Positions 1 through 8,479 of a stretch of 64,000 nucleotides of DNA are shown here, in pieces (position 1 is the first letter of the stretch; every line of letters begins with the position of its first letter). The position numbers and the translations under genes were made by a program. The notes below the pieces were generated by a model. The model was given only the letters and a program-made list of their open reading frames with translations. It did no database searches and was not told the origin of the DNA. The DNA comes from an uncultured Ignavibacterium sp. (GTDB lineage: Bacteria > Bacteroidota > Ignavibacteria > Ignavibacteriales > Ignavibacteriaceae), in the NCBI GenBank assembly GCA_964580755.1, contig CAZOMO010000008.1:16875-80874 (forward strand), given 5' to 3'.

Positions 1-2177
1 ATCGTCGTTCCATCGCCGCCAATTTCGTAAGGACCAATATTTATATAATTATCCAACAGAGAAAAATTACCACTAAAGGTATGTTTAAAAGTTACCTTAT
101 GCATTCTGCCCCACTGCCAGTTGGTCAAATCTTTTCCATACTCTTTTTCCAGATACGTCAATGCATCAGATAAACTTTTTCTGATTATATCTTCTCTTGT
201 TTCCCGCTTATTAGTATTCACATTATCAAACCAAATAGAATTTGGTTTTTCTAAAATCTGCAGTAAGCTTCTGTAAGGCACATTTGCCAAAAACACAAAC
301 CGATTATATAGATCGTCACCCATTTCATCATAATAAATATTTTTTAAAAGATAATTTAAAAACACAGCGTAGATTGCAGGAGTTTGACTGAACTTATTTA
401 AATCATAATCCCATTTTTCAAAAAGTTCAAGTGAAGTATTAAGATTCTGATCTTTCACCTTTACTCCTTCAAAAGATTTTAAGATATAAGGCACAATTGT
501 TCGTGCATAAGGCGAGACTTGATCCATCTGATAATTTTTAAAATCATCCGCTGAATGTTTTTCTTTGCCGTTCAATAATTCTCTTATTCTGTCAATGCGT
601 GATGAAGGCTCCCAAAGATTTGAAATGTAATACTTAAAGTTCTTTAATGTTTTATTGTTTGCGGATGCAATAAAATTTTCAGCTGGATTTAGTATGGTTG
701 GAATTTTCTGAGCTGGAACAAATCCTTTCCAATCATTTTCGGTTGTAGTACCATCAAATACCAAAGTTGGATTATTACTAGCCCGCATCGGAATTCTTGC
801 ACCCATAATGTAACCGATATTTCCCTGAGCATCTGCATAAACAAAATTTTGTCCGGGTATTCCAAAATGTTTTACACCATCCCGAAACTCATTCCAGTTT
901 TTTGCCTTGTTGATTTTATAAAACGCCAACAGCTCATCGCTAAAATCATTGCCGGACCATCGCATACTGATTGGCGGAATATTTTCATCATCACTGTTAT
1001 AAATGAATTCAAATGGATGTATATCAGAAATAATTGGACCGCGATGAGTTTCTTTAATAGTAATTACCTGATCTTTTCCGTTTTTAATCTTTATAGTATC
1101 TTTTATTATTTCAAGGTTCTTCCATTGACCATCAACAAAGTATTTTGTTTGGGATGAATCAAGTTTTTCAGAATAAAAATCGGCATCATCATTCATAACA
1201 TTTGTTAGGACCCAGGAAATACTATCGCCTTTACCAATTACAACTCCAGGAACGCCGGGCAATGTAACTCCCGCAGCATTCCAAGAATTACTTTTGATTA
1301 CCGCAGCAAACCATTTGCCCGGTGCACTAAAAGCAAGATGTGGATCGTTTGCAATGATTGGTTTGCCGGAAACTGATTTGTTAGCATTAACAACCCAGTT
1401 GTTTGAACCAATATGCGTACCCGTCCAGCCCATCATTTGCCGAAAAGCTTTATCAGTTTCAACAAGTGTTGAATTTATTGCAGGAAGATATTTAAAATTA
1501 TCTGCAATGATTGTCGGTGCATTCTCTGGATAATCAGGCAAAATTTCTAAAACTTTTTCTTTCCCAAGTTTTTGGATTAATTCAGCAAAAGATAGATCAG
1601 CCCACCAGCTTATGTTTAACTCCCAAGCCATCATTTTGATTACAATCAAACTATGAACAGGTTTCCACTGTTCAGGTTCATACCCAAGGATATCAAACTC
1701 AATTCCATAATTCCCTTTTTGTTCTTTCAGATATTTGTTAATGCCGTTTGAATATGCCTGTAAAATCTTCATAACTGGCGCATCAAATTTGTTTAGATTT
1801 TTTACTATGTTTCTTTTTATTCCAACTGTGCGAAACATCTTATCAAACGGAACTGTTTCTTCACCAAATATTTCACTTAATCTGCCTTCTCCTGCTCTTC
1901 GGATAAAATCCATTGTGAACATTCTTTCCTGTGCATGTAAATATCCAAGTGCAAAAGCTGCATCTTCATCATCCTGTGCAAAGATGTAAGGTACAGCAAA
2001 ACTATCGCGGTAAACTTCAATACTGGAATTGATTTTTGATGATGAAATAGTACCGGAATATTGCGGCAAAGATGATGAAAGCATATTATAAAATATTGCG
2101 CCTGCAATAATAAAAGTGATCAGAAGGGCAGCAGACAAACCAATCAGTATTTTTTTCCACTTACGCATAAGACTCAT
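1..2177 (-). CDS. Penicillin acylase (peptidase S45, Ntn-hydrolase) family protein; C-terminal end lies outside the window
   Basis: Own minus-strand translation: MSLMRKWKKILIGLSAALLITF (N-terminal anchor), EVYRDSFAVPYIFAQDDEDAAFALGYLHAQERMFTMDF, THIGSNNWVV (Ser-nucleophile context), GPYEIGGDGTT. The frame stays open to base 1, so the ORF is edge-truncated and absent from the supplied track. Alternative ATG at 2168. Confidence 0.85.
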   Translation of the reverse strand, partial: MSLMRKWKKILIGLSAALLITFIIAGAIFYNMLSSSLPQYSGTISSSKINSSIEVYRDSFAVPYIFAQDDEDAAFALGYLHAQERMFTMDFIRRAGEGRLSEIFGEETVPFDKMFRTVGIKRNIVKNLNKFDAPVMKILQAYSNGINKYLKEQKGNYGIEFDILGYEPEQWKPVHSLIVIKMMAWELNISWWADLSFAELIQKLGKEKVLEILPDYPENAPTIIADNFKYLPAINSTLVETDKAFRQMMGWTGTHIGSNNWVVNANKSVSGKPIIANDPHLAFSAPGKWFAAVIKSNSWNAAGVTLPGVPGVVIGKGDSISWVLTNVMNDDADFYSEKLDSSQTKYFVDGQWKNLEIIKDTIKIKNGKDQVITIKETHRGPIISDIHPFEFIYNSDDENIPPISMRWSGNDFSDELLAFYKINKAKNWNEFRDGVKHFGIPGQNFVYADAQGNIGYIMGARIPMRASNNPTLVFDGTTTENDWKGFVPAQKIPTILNPAENFIASANNKTLKNFKYYISNLWEPSSRIDRIRELLNGKEKHSADDFKNYQMDQVSPYARTIVPYILKSFEGVKVKDQNLNTSLELFEKWDYDLNKFSQTPAIYAVFLNYLLKNIYYDEMGDDLYNRFVFLANVPYRSLLQILEKPNSIWFDNVNTNKRETREDIIRKSLSDALTYLEKEYGKDLTNWQWGRMHKVTFKHTFSGNFSLLDNYINIGPYEIGGDGTT

Positions 2178-2302
2178 CTGAAATTTTGAAAGTAAATATA
2201 AGGATTAAAAAGGATGGAAGTTTTATTAAGAATACTGATCACTGCAAATAAAAATCATTTCTTCTTTTTACTGAATATAAAAACAAATGCTCGTAGTGAT
2301 TT

Positions 2303-3016
2303 TTAATTACAATCAAGATTAGAATCATTAACAACTTGTGCAGAAATTTTTGGTGATAAATATGGAATGCCGAGTCCCATTCCACGCAAAACAAAAAGTA
2401 ACCCGAGCACTAAAGCAAAAACGGGAACCAGTTTTGTGATTCTTCTTCTTATATTGAGATTAATAAATTTTCCAAAAATTGTTGCGGCAAACATTACAGG
2501 AACAGTACCCAGTCCGAATAAAAACATAACTGTAAAACCTGAAAGTGCACTACCGCTGGCAATTGCTCCTGCAAGTGCAACGTAAACCAGTCCACACGGA
2601 AGGAAACCATTTAGTATTCCAATAAAAAACATAGCAGAAAAAGTTCTTCGTCTAAATAATCCGCTGATTCCTGATTTTAATGGCAATGAAATCTTCTGAA
2701 TAAATTTATGCTGAGTAATTTTTGCTTTGAACTTTGGAGGAATTAAAACTGCAATTACAATTGCAGCCCCCAATACGATAGAAATACTTTGCTGAAAACC
2801 TGCAATCACAAAACGTGATCCAAGCAATCCAAACACAGCACCAAGCAATGAATAGGTTACTACTCTGCCAAGGTTGTAAAGCAGTCTTCCCGCAACAAAG
2901 GAAAGATTATTTGATTTGGGAATTGGCAGTGCAATTGCAATTGGTCCGCACATACCAATACAGTGGAAACTTCCGAATAATCCAACAAAAAAACCTGTTA
3001 AAATTTCTGGTGACAT
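2303..3016 (-). CDS. TauE/SafE (DsbD_2-type) family membrane protein, last gene of the cco locus
   Basis: Polytopic membrane protein with an N-terminal FHCIGMCGP motif. It sits directly downstream of fixH/ccoG, the position such proteins hold in FCB-group cbb3 loci. Confidence 0.7.
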   Translation of the reverse strand: MSPEILTGFFVGLFGSFHCIGMCGPIAIALPIPKSNNLSFVAGRLLYNLGRVVTYSLLGAVFGLLGSRFVIAGFQQSISIVLGAAIVIAVLIPPKFKAKITQHKFIQKISLPLKSGISGLFRRRTFSAMFFIGILNGFLPCGLVYVALAGAIASGSALSGFTVMFLFGLGTVPVMFAATIFGKFINLNIRRRITKLVPVFALVLGLLFVLRGMGLGIPYLSPKISAQVVNDSNLDCN

Positions 3017-3160
3017 TTTATTAATTGTTAATATCAGATGAGGTTGTTCATTTACTTTCAGGATGTAATGACTTCAGAAAATTTATCTGCAACTAATATT
3101 AAGATTTTCAGAAATCTCCGGTGGACAATTTCCGTGATACAATCATCTGAATAATTTTAT

Positions 3161-3619
3161 CTAATTTATTATAAAAGAACTTTCTTTATAATATTCAACT
3201 GAATCCTGCGACCAGTTAAGTCCAATCTTCCAATATCCTTTTTCCATATTTTGTGTTGGAATAAGCTGCTGCGCTGTTGAGTCAATGTTAAGTAAAAAAG
3301 AAAAATCCTTATTAGAATCTGACGGACGATAAAACTGTATAGTACCGTTTACATCTTTTTGTGCAAAAGTTTTTGGAAGAATTAATCTTATAAAGCCATT
3401 ATCCAGTGTGATGCTTACCTCATCGCCCATTTTATTGGCTCTGTTCATTCTGTCAATCTGTTCCTGATGATGAATACCTTTGTTGTAATAATCGCCTGAA
3501 ACCAAATCAACTTTTTGATTCATTAAAAAAATTACAGAGCCGACTGTTATAAGCATAAAAATAATTATCGTAATAAAAATTCCTGTTCCCCAGTTAAATT
3601 TACTTTTGTTCATTTGCAT
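3161..3619 (-). CDS. FixH/CcoH family cbb3 oxidase assembly protein
   Basis: Single N-terminal TM (NWGTGIFITIIIFMLITVGSVIF) followed by LVSGDYYNKG, typical of FixH. Overlaps the ccoG stop by 20 nt. Confidence 0.7.
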   Translation of the reverse strand: MQMNKSKFNWGTGIFITIIIFMLITVGSVIFLMNQKVDLVSGDYYNKGIHHQEQIDRMNRANKMGDEVSITLDNGFIRLILPKTFAQKDVNGTIQFYRPSDSNKDFSFLLNIDSTAQQLIPTQNMEKGYWKIGLNWSQDSVEYYKESSFIIN

Positions 3620-5030
3620 CCACCGGTCCTAAGAATGAAGTCTTAACTTTCTTGATTAATTTATTCTCATCATAAACACCAATTTCTATAGGTGTATTCA
3701 TTTTGGTCAGATTAATTTTATCCAACAATACTAAAAACTTTGTTTCAAGTATCTGCTGAGATTTAAGAACGATATCTTTACCAACTAATTTTAATTCTCC
3801 GTCAGCAGGTTTTTCTAATTTAATTTGCAGTGGAGTTTCATCAAAAGTTTTGTTAACGATATTAAGATCATAAACATTACTAACCTTTCCATGCGGTTGT
3901 TCCTGGAAGAGCATTCCTGGTGTTCTTAAAATATCAACAGAATAATCAGTTCTGACAGAAAGCAAATAACCTAGGAGTCCGAGAAGAACTAACAGAATTA
4001 CAGAGTATAACATCATTCTTGATGTAACTTTAAACTTCGTTTTATTTTCAATACCATTCAGCGAATCATATCTGATTAATTTTTTGGGACGATTAATTTT
4101 TTCCATAACTGCATCACAGGCATCAATACAGGCTGTACAGTTAACACATTCTAACTGTATTCCGTTTCTTATATCTATTCCTGTCGGGCAAACATCAACA
4201 CACAGATGACAATCAATACAATCACCTTTGCCTGAATTATTTTCATCTCTATTTATTTTGCCTCTTGGTTCGCCTCTTTTATGGTCATAAGCAATTACAA
4301 TTGAATCCTGATCAAGTAATACTCCCTGCAATCTTCCGTAAGGACAAACAATAGTACAAGCCTGTTCACGAAAGAAAGCAAATATCCAATAAAAAATAAA
4401 CGAGAAAGCAATAATTGCAAAAAATCCGCTTAGGTTCTCACTTGGCGGCTTAGTTATAATTTCAATTACTTTATCCATACTGATGATATAGGATAAAAAT
4501 ATATGAGCAATAAAAAATGCAATCAGAAAAAAGATAAAGTTTTTCAATCCCTTTTTAAAAAGTTTCTTACTGTTCCAGCTTTCCGCATCAAGTTTACGCT
4601 GATATTTTGCATCACCTTCAATAAGATATTCAATTTTTCGAAAAACCATTTCCATAAAAATTGTTTGGGGGCAAACCCAGCCGCAAAATAATCTGCCAAA
4701 TACTACTGTAAATAAAATTATAAATACTATCATTGCAATCATTGCAAGACCAAACAGATGAAAATCATGCGGACCGAAAGGGACACCGAAAAGAATAAAG
4801 TTTCTATTTAAAACATCAAAGAGAAGAACTGGATGACCATTAGATTTTATAAAAGGAACAATAATTAAAAATGCGAGCAGAAAAAAACTTAATATTGTTC
4901 GTGCATTGTAAAATACACCTGAAGGTTTCTTTGGATAAATCCATACTCTTTTTCCTTCTTTCGTAACAGTTGAAATTTGATCCCTAAATTCCTGTTTTTC
5001 TTCATCTATTATTTTTTCACTTGTTTCCAC
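3600..5030 (-). CDS. ccoG: Cytochrome c oxidase accessory protein CcoG (FixG)
   Basis: TM helices, a CGWVCPQT motif and two ferredoxin-type clusters (CIDCHLCVDVCP, CVNCTACIDAC). Lies between ccoP and fixH. Confidence 0.9.
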   Translation of the reverse strand: METSEKIIDEEKQEFRDQISTVTKEGKRVWIYPKKPSGVFYNARTILSFFLLAFLIIVPFIKSNGHPVLLFDVLNRNFILFGVPFGPHDFHLFGLAMIAMIVFIILFTVVFGRLFCGWVCPQTIFMEMVFRKIEYLIEGDAKYQRKLDAESWNSKKLFKKGLKNFIFFLIAFFIAHIFLSYIISMDKVIEIITKPPSENLSGFFAIIAFSFIFYWIFAFFREQACTIVCPYGRLQGVLLDQDSIVIAYDHKRGEPRGKINRDENNSGKGDCIDCHLCVDVCPTGIDIRNGIQLECVNCTACIDACDAVMEKINRPKKLIRYDSLNGIENKTKFKVTSRMMLYSVILLVLLGLLGYLLSVRTDYSVDILRTPGMLFQEQPHGKVSNVYDLNIVNKTFDETPLQIKLEKPADGELKLVGKDIVLKSQQILETKFLVLLDKINLTKMNTPIEIGVYDENKLIKKVKTSFLGPVDANEQK

Positions 5031-5081
5031 TATACACTCTGATATGTTGCTATAATAATTCTATCTTAATATATCAATTAT

Positions 5082-5924
5082 TTATTCAGAATCTTTCCAT
5101 ACGGGTCCTTCAGGCGCTTTTGGATTAGCAGGTTTCGTTCCGTGTATGGAAACAATAAAACTTGCAACTTCTTGTATTTGATTTGGGCTTAACTGATTTT
5201 CCCAGGCAATCATACCTTTTGCAGGAACACCATATTTAATTGTCTTAAATATATTTTTTATTCCACCGCCATGAATCCAATTATCATCTGTAAGATTTGG
5301 ACCAACTAATCCACCGCCATCAGCACCGTGGCAAGCGACACAATTAGCCGAAAAAATCTGCTTGCCTGCTTCAAGAGCTGCTGGATCAGTAAGTAAGGTT
5401 GCTGTTTCTTCGTTCAATACTGAACCTGATTTCATCGAAGCAGTTCGTTCAGCTTTAGCTTTATTAACTTCCAATTGATATTCTTCTTCCTGTAAAGGAC
5501 TTGATTTAAATATGTGATAATCAAGCAGATAAAAAACTGCGAAAGCTATTGAAAGATAAAACAACCACAAAAACCATGGCGGAACCTTACTATCAAGTTC
5601 ACGTATTCCGTCATACTCCTGCTCTAATAACAATTCATCTTCAGTTTCAACCGGAGTTGTTTTGGTAATATATCTTCTGAACTTTGCAAAAGCAGAAGGT
5701 TTATCTTTAGACCCTGCTTTTTCTTCTTCGTCAGAGATAAGTGTTTTGCCTTCATAATATACAAGCGTGATAAAACCGATTAAGATTACTGCAATAACAA
5801 TCATCGCAGCAACATCAAAATATGACGGCGGAAAATCAGGTTCGCCGGCGGCAAAAATTGGTGATGCTGCAAATAAAAATATTGCCGCAAATAAAACAGT
5901 TAAATGGCTAAACTTTTTTCTCAT
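5082..5924 (-). CDS. ccoP: cbb3-type cytochrome c oxidase subunit CcoP-like, single haem c site
   Basis: Signal/TM region, a second TM segment, and one CVACHG haem-binding motif in the C-terminal cytochrome c domain. 17-nt overlap with the upstream small ORF. Confidence 0.85.
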   Translation of the reverse strand: MRKKFSHLTVLFAAIFLFAASPIFAAGEPDFPPSYFDVAAMIVIAVILIGFITLVYYEGKTLISDEEEKAGSKDKPSAFAKFRRYITKTTPVETEDELLLEQEYDGIRELDSKVPPWFLWLFYLSIAFAVFYLLDYHIFKSSPLQEEEYQLEVNKAKAERTASMKSGSVLNEETATLLTDPAALEAGKQIFSANCVACHGADGGGLVGPNLTDDNWIHGGGIKNIFKTIKYGVPAKGMIAWENQLSPNQIQEVASFIVSIHGTKPANPKAPEGPVWKDSE

Positions 5925-6117
5925 ATAAACTACCTGTAGTGTTTAATTTTTTTTCTTCTGAATTTTCTAAAGGAAGGTTTTCCATTTTTTTAATATAACT
6001 TTTATCCGCTTTAAACAACCAGATAATAATGGCTGCAAAAAACAGAACAAAAACAATTAAAGAAATAATTGGATAAATAGAAATGCCTTCGACAGAATTT
6101 AAAGTTTCTTTATACAT
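5908..6117 (-). CDS. Small single-TM protein, CcoQ/FixQ-like by size and position
   Basis: 69-aa ORF with one hydrophobic helix (ISIYPIISLIVFVLFFAAIIIWLF), wedged between ccoNO and ccoP. No strong motif. Confidence 0.55.
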   Translation of the reverse strand: MYKETLNSVEGISIYPIISLIVFVLFFAAIIIWLFKADKSYIKKMENLPLENSEEKKLNTTGSLYEKKV

Positions 6118-6123
6118 TGCCTA

Positions 6124-8244
6124 CTACCTGCTTTCCACAACCGGATTAGCTTTGATATCTGTTCCTAGTCTTTGCAGATATGCAATCAAAGCTATTATCT
6201 CTTTGTCTGGCTCTGCAGCAATTCCATTTTTTTGTAAATCAAGTGCAATTGCTTCTGCCTGTTTCATCAAATCATCATTAGCCTGATTCTCATATCCGTC
6301 GGGATAAGGAACACCAAGAGTTCTCATTACATTTATTTTATTAGATGTTAATGAAATATCAAGCTGATTTTCAAGCAGCCATGGATAATGCGGCATAATT
6401 GAACTGGGCGACATTGAAGTTGGGTTTTCCATATGCAGATAATGCCAAAGATTCGGATACTTTCCACCAACACGATGTAAATCAGGTCCGGTTCTTTTTG
6501 ATCCCCAAAGGAATGGATGGTCATAAACATATTCACCTGCCTTAGAATAATCACCATATCTTTCTGTTTCAGACCTGAATGGACGAACAAGCTGAGAATG
6601 ACAATTATTACAACCTTCTCTTATATACAAATCTCTTCCCTGCAGTTCAAGAGGAGTATAAGGTTTTACAGAAGCGATTGTAGGTATATTAGATTTAACT
6701 AAAAAAGTCGGAAGAAATTCTACAATGCCACCAATAAGAATTACAATCAATGATGCAATTAAAAAGTAAATCGGTTTACCTTCTAACCATCGGTGAGAGA
6801 TTTTTTCTTTAATATCTTTTTGTAATGGTGCAGCTTCTGCTTCTTCCTGTGCAGCTAATTTGCCGACAGCCATTGTTTTATAAAGATTGTAAACCATCAA
6901 ACACATTCCGGTTAAATACAAAGTACCGCCAAATGCGCGAATCATATACATTGGAATAATCTGCAGAGTTGTTTCTAAAAAATTTGGATATTGAAGCATA
7001 CCGGTATCATTAAACTGCTTCCACATTAATGATTGTGCGACACTTGACCAATACATTGATGTTGCATAGAATACCATACCTAATGTGCCAATCCAGAAAT
7101 GGACATTTGCCATTTTTTTGGAATAAAGTTGTGTTTTATAAATTTTAGGGATTAACCAATAGAACATTCCCGCTGTTAGAAAACCATTCCAGCCAAGTGC
7201 ACCAATATGTACATGCGCAATAATCCAGTCCGTAAAGTGCGCAAATGCATTAACATTTTTTAGTGATAACATCGGACCTTCAAACGTAGCCATACCATAA
7301 GCAGTAACTGCAACAACCATAAATTTCAGAATAGGATCTTCTCTAACCCTGTCCCAAGCACCGCGTAAAGTTAAAAGACCATTTATCATACCACCCCAGC
7401 TCGGAGCGATCAGCATAATCGAAAAAACTGTTCCTAAAGATTGTGCCCAATCAGGTAAGGACGAATATAATAAGTGATGAGGTCCTGCCCAGATATAGAT
7501 AAAAATTAAAGACCAGAAATGAATAATAGAAAGTTTATACGAATAAATTGGTCTGTTAGCAGCTTTGGGCAGATAATAATACATCAGACCCAGATAAGGA
7601 GTAGTTAAAAAAAACGCTACTGCATTATGTCCATACCACCATTGAACAAGAGCATCCTGAACACCGGCATACATTGAATAACTTTTAAATAAACTTACCG
7701 GAATCTCAAATGAATTTACAATATGTAAAACTGCAACCGTAACCCATGTAGCAAGATAAAACCAGATTGCAACATAAAGATGTTTTTCCCTTCGCTTCAG
7801 TAATGTTCCAATCATATTGATTCCGAAGATAACCCAAATGATTGTTATAGCAACATCAATAGGCCACTCTAGCTCAGCATATTCTTTACTTGAATTAAGT
7901 CCAAGCGGAAGGGAAATTACCGCAGCGATAATTATTGATTGCCATCCCCAGAAATGAATACGGCTTAGTACTGTGCTAAACATTGGGGTTTTTAATAGTC
8001 TTGGCAGTGAATAATAAACTCCGGCAAAAATCGCATTGCCGACAAAGGCAAAAATAACAGCATTGGTATGCAGTGGTCGGATTCTTCCGAATGTTAAAAA
8101 TGGAATATTGAAATTCAGTTCAGGTGCAAAGAGCTGGCTTGCAATAAGTACACCAACGAACATTCCGACAACAGCAAATGTCAGTGATGCTATAGTAAAA
8201 TCTCTGACGATTTTATTGTCGTAGCTAAACTTCTCTAGCTGCAT
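6124..8244 (-). CDS. ccoNO: cbb3-type cytochrome c oxidase, fused subunits I and II (CcoN-CcoO)
   Basis: The polytopic haem-copper oxidase part has His contexts RPLHTNAVIF, WWYGHNAV, GPHHLL and AHVHIGALGW. The C-terminal part has a TM helix plus a CNNCHS haem c site as in CcoO. AAGGAG lies shortly upstream of the ATG. Confidence 0.92.
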   Translation of the reverse strand: MQLEKFSYDNKIVRDFTIASLTFAVVGMFVGVLIASQLFAPELNFNIPFLTFGRIRPLHTNAVIFAFVGNAIFAGVYYSLPRLLKTPMFSTVLSRIHFWGWQSIIIAAVISLPLGLNSSKEYAELEWPIDVAITIIWVIFGINMIGTLLKRREKHLYVAIWFYLATWVTVAVLHIVNSFEIPVSLFKSYSMYAGVQDALVQWWYGHNAVAFFLTTPYLGLMYYYLPKAANRPIYSYKLSIIHFWSLIFIYIWAGPHHLLYSSLPDWAQSLGTVFSIMLIAPSWGGMINGLLTLRGAWDRVREDPILKFMVVAVTAYGMATFEGPMLSLKNVNAFAHFTDWIIAHVHIGALGWNGFLTAGMFYWLIPKIYKTQLYSKKMANVHFWIGTLGMVFYATSMYWSSVAQSLMWKQFNDTGMLQYPNFLETTLQIIPMYMIRAFGGTLYLTGMCLMVYNLYKTMAVGKLAAQEEAEAAPLQKDIKEKISHRWLEGKPIYFLIASLIVILIGGIVEFLPTFLVKSNIPTIASVKPYTPLELQGRDLYIREGCNNCHSQLVRPFRSETERYGDYSKAGEYVYDHPFLWGSKRTGPDLHRVGGKYPNLWHYLHMENPTSMSPSSIMPHYPWLLENQLDISLTSNKINVMRTLGVPYPDGYENQANDDLMKQAEAIALDLQKNGIAAEPDKEIIALIAYLQRLGTDIKANPVVESR

Positions 8245-8278
8245 AGGTTCTCCTTAATTTGAAGTTTTAAGTTATTAA

Positions 8279-8479
8279 TCATGATTTTTTTTCTTTTTTT
8301 GTATCGGATTCATTTTCAGTTTTTTTTCCCCCTTTTGATTTTTCATCTTCAAAAAGCATCCGAACTGAAGGAGTATAAGTATCTGAATACTGCCCGCTTT
8401 TAACACTCCATAAAAACGCAATTAGAAATCCAATCGCTACAAGCAAACTAAAACCAATTAATACAACTATTACGGAGAT
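8279..8479 (-). CDS. ccoS: CcoS-like cbb3 oxidase maturation protein; start codon unresolved (no ATG/GTG/TTG near the 5' end)
   Basis: Own translation: ISVIVVLIGFSLLVAIGFLIAFLWSVKSGQYSDTYTPSVRMLFEDE..., matching the CcoS pattern (one TM, then F-W-x-x-K/R-x-GQ-Y/F-D/S-D). Sits between ccoI and ccoNO. Not in the ORF track. The frame opens at 8494 and overlaps the ccoI stop. Confidence 0.6.
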   Translation of the reverse strand: MSVIVVLIGFSLLVAIGFLIAFLWSVKSGQYSDTYTPSVRMLFEDEKSKGGKKTENESDTKKEKKS

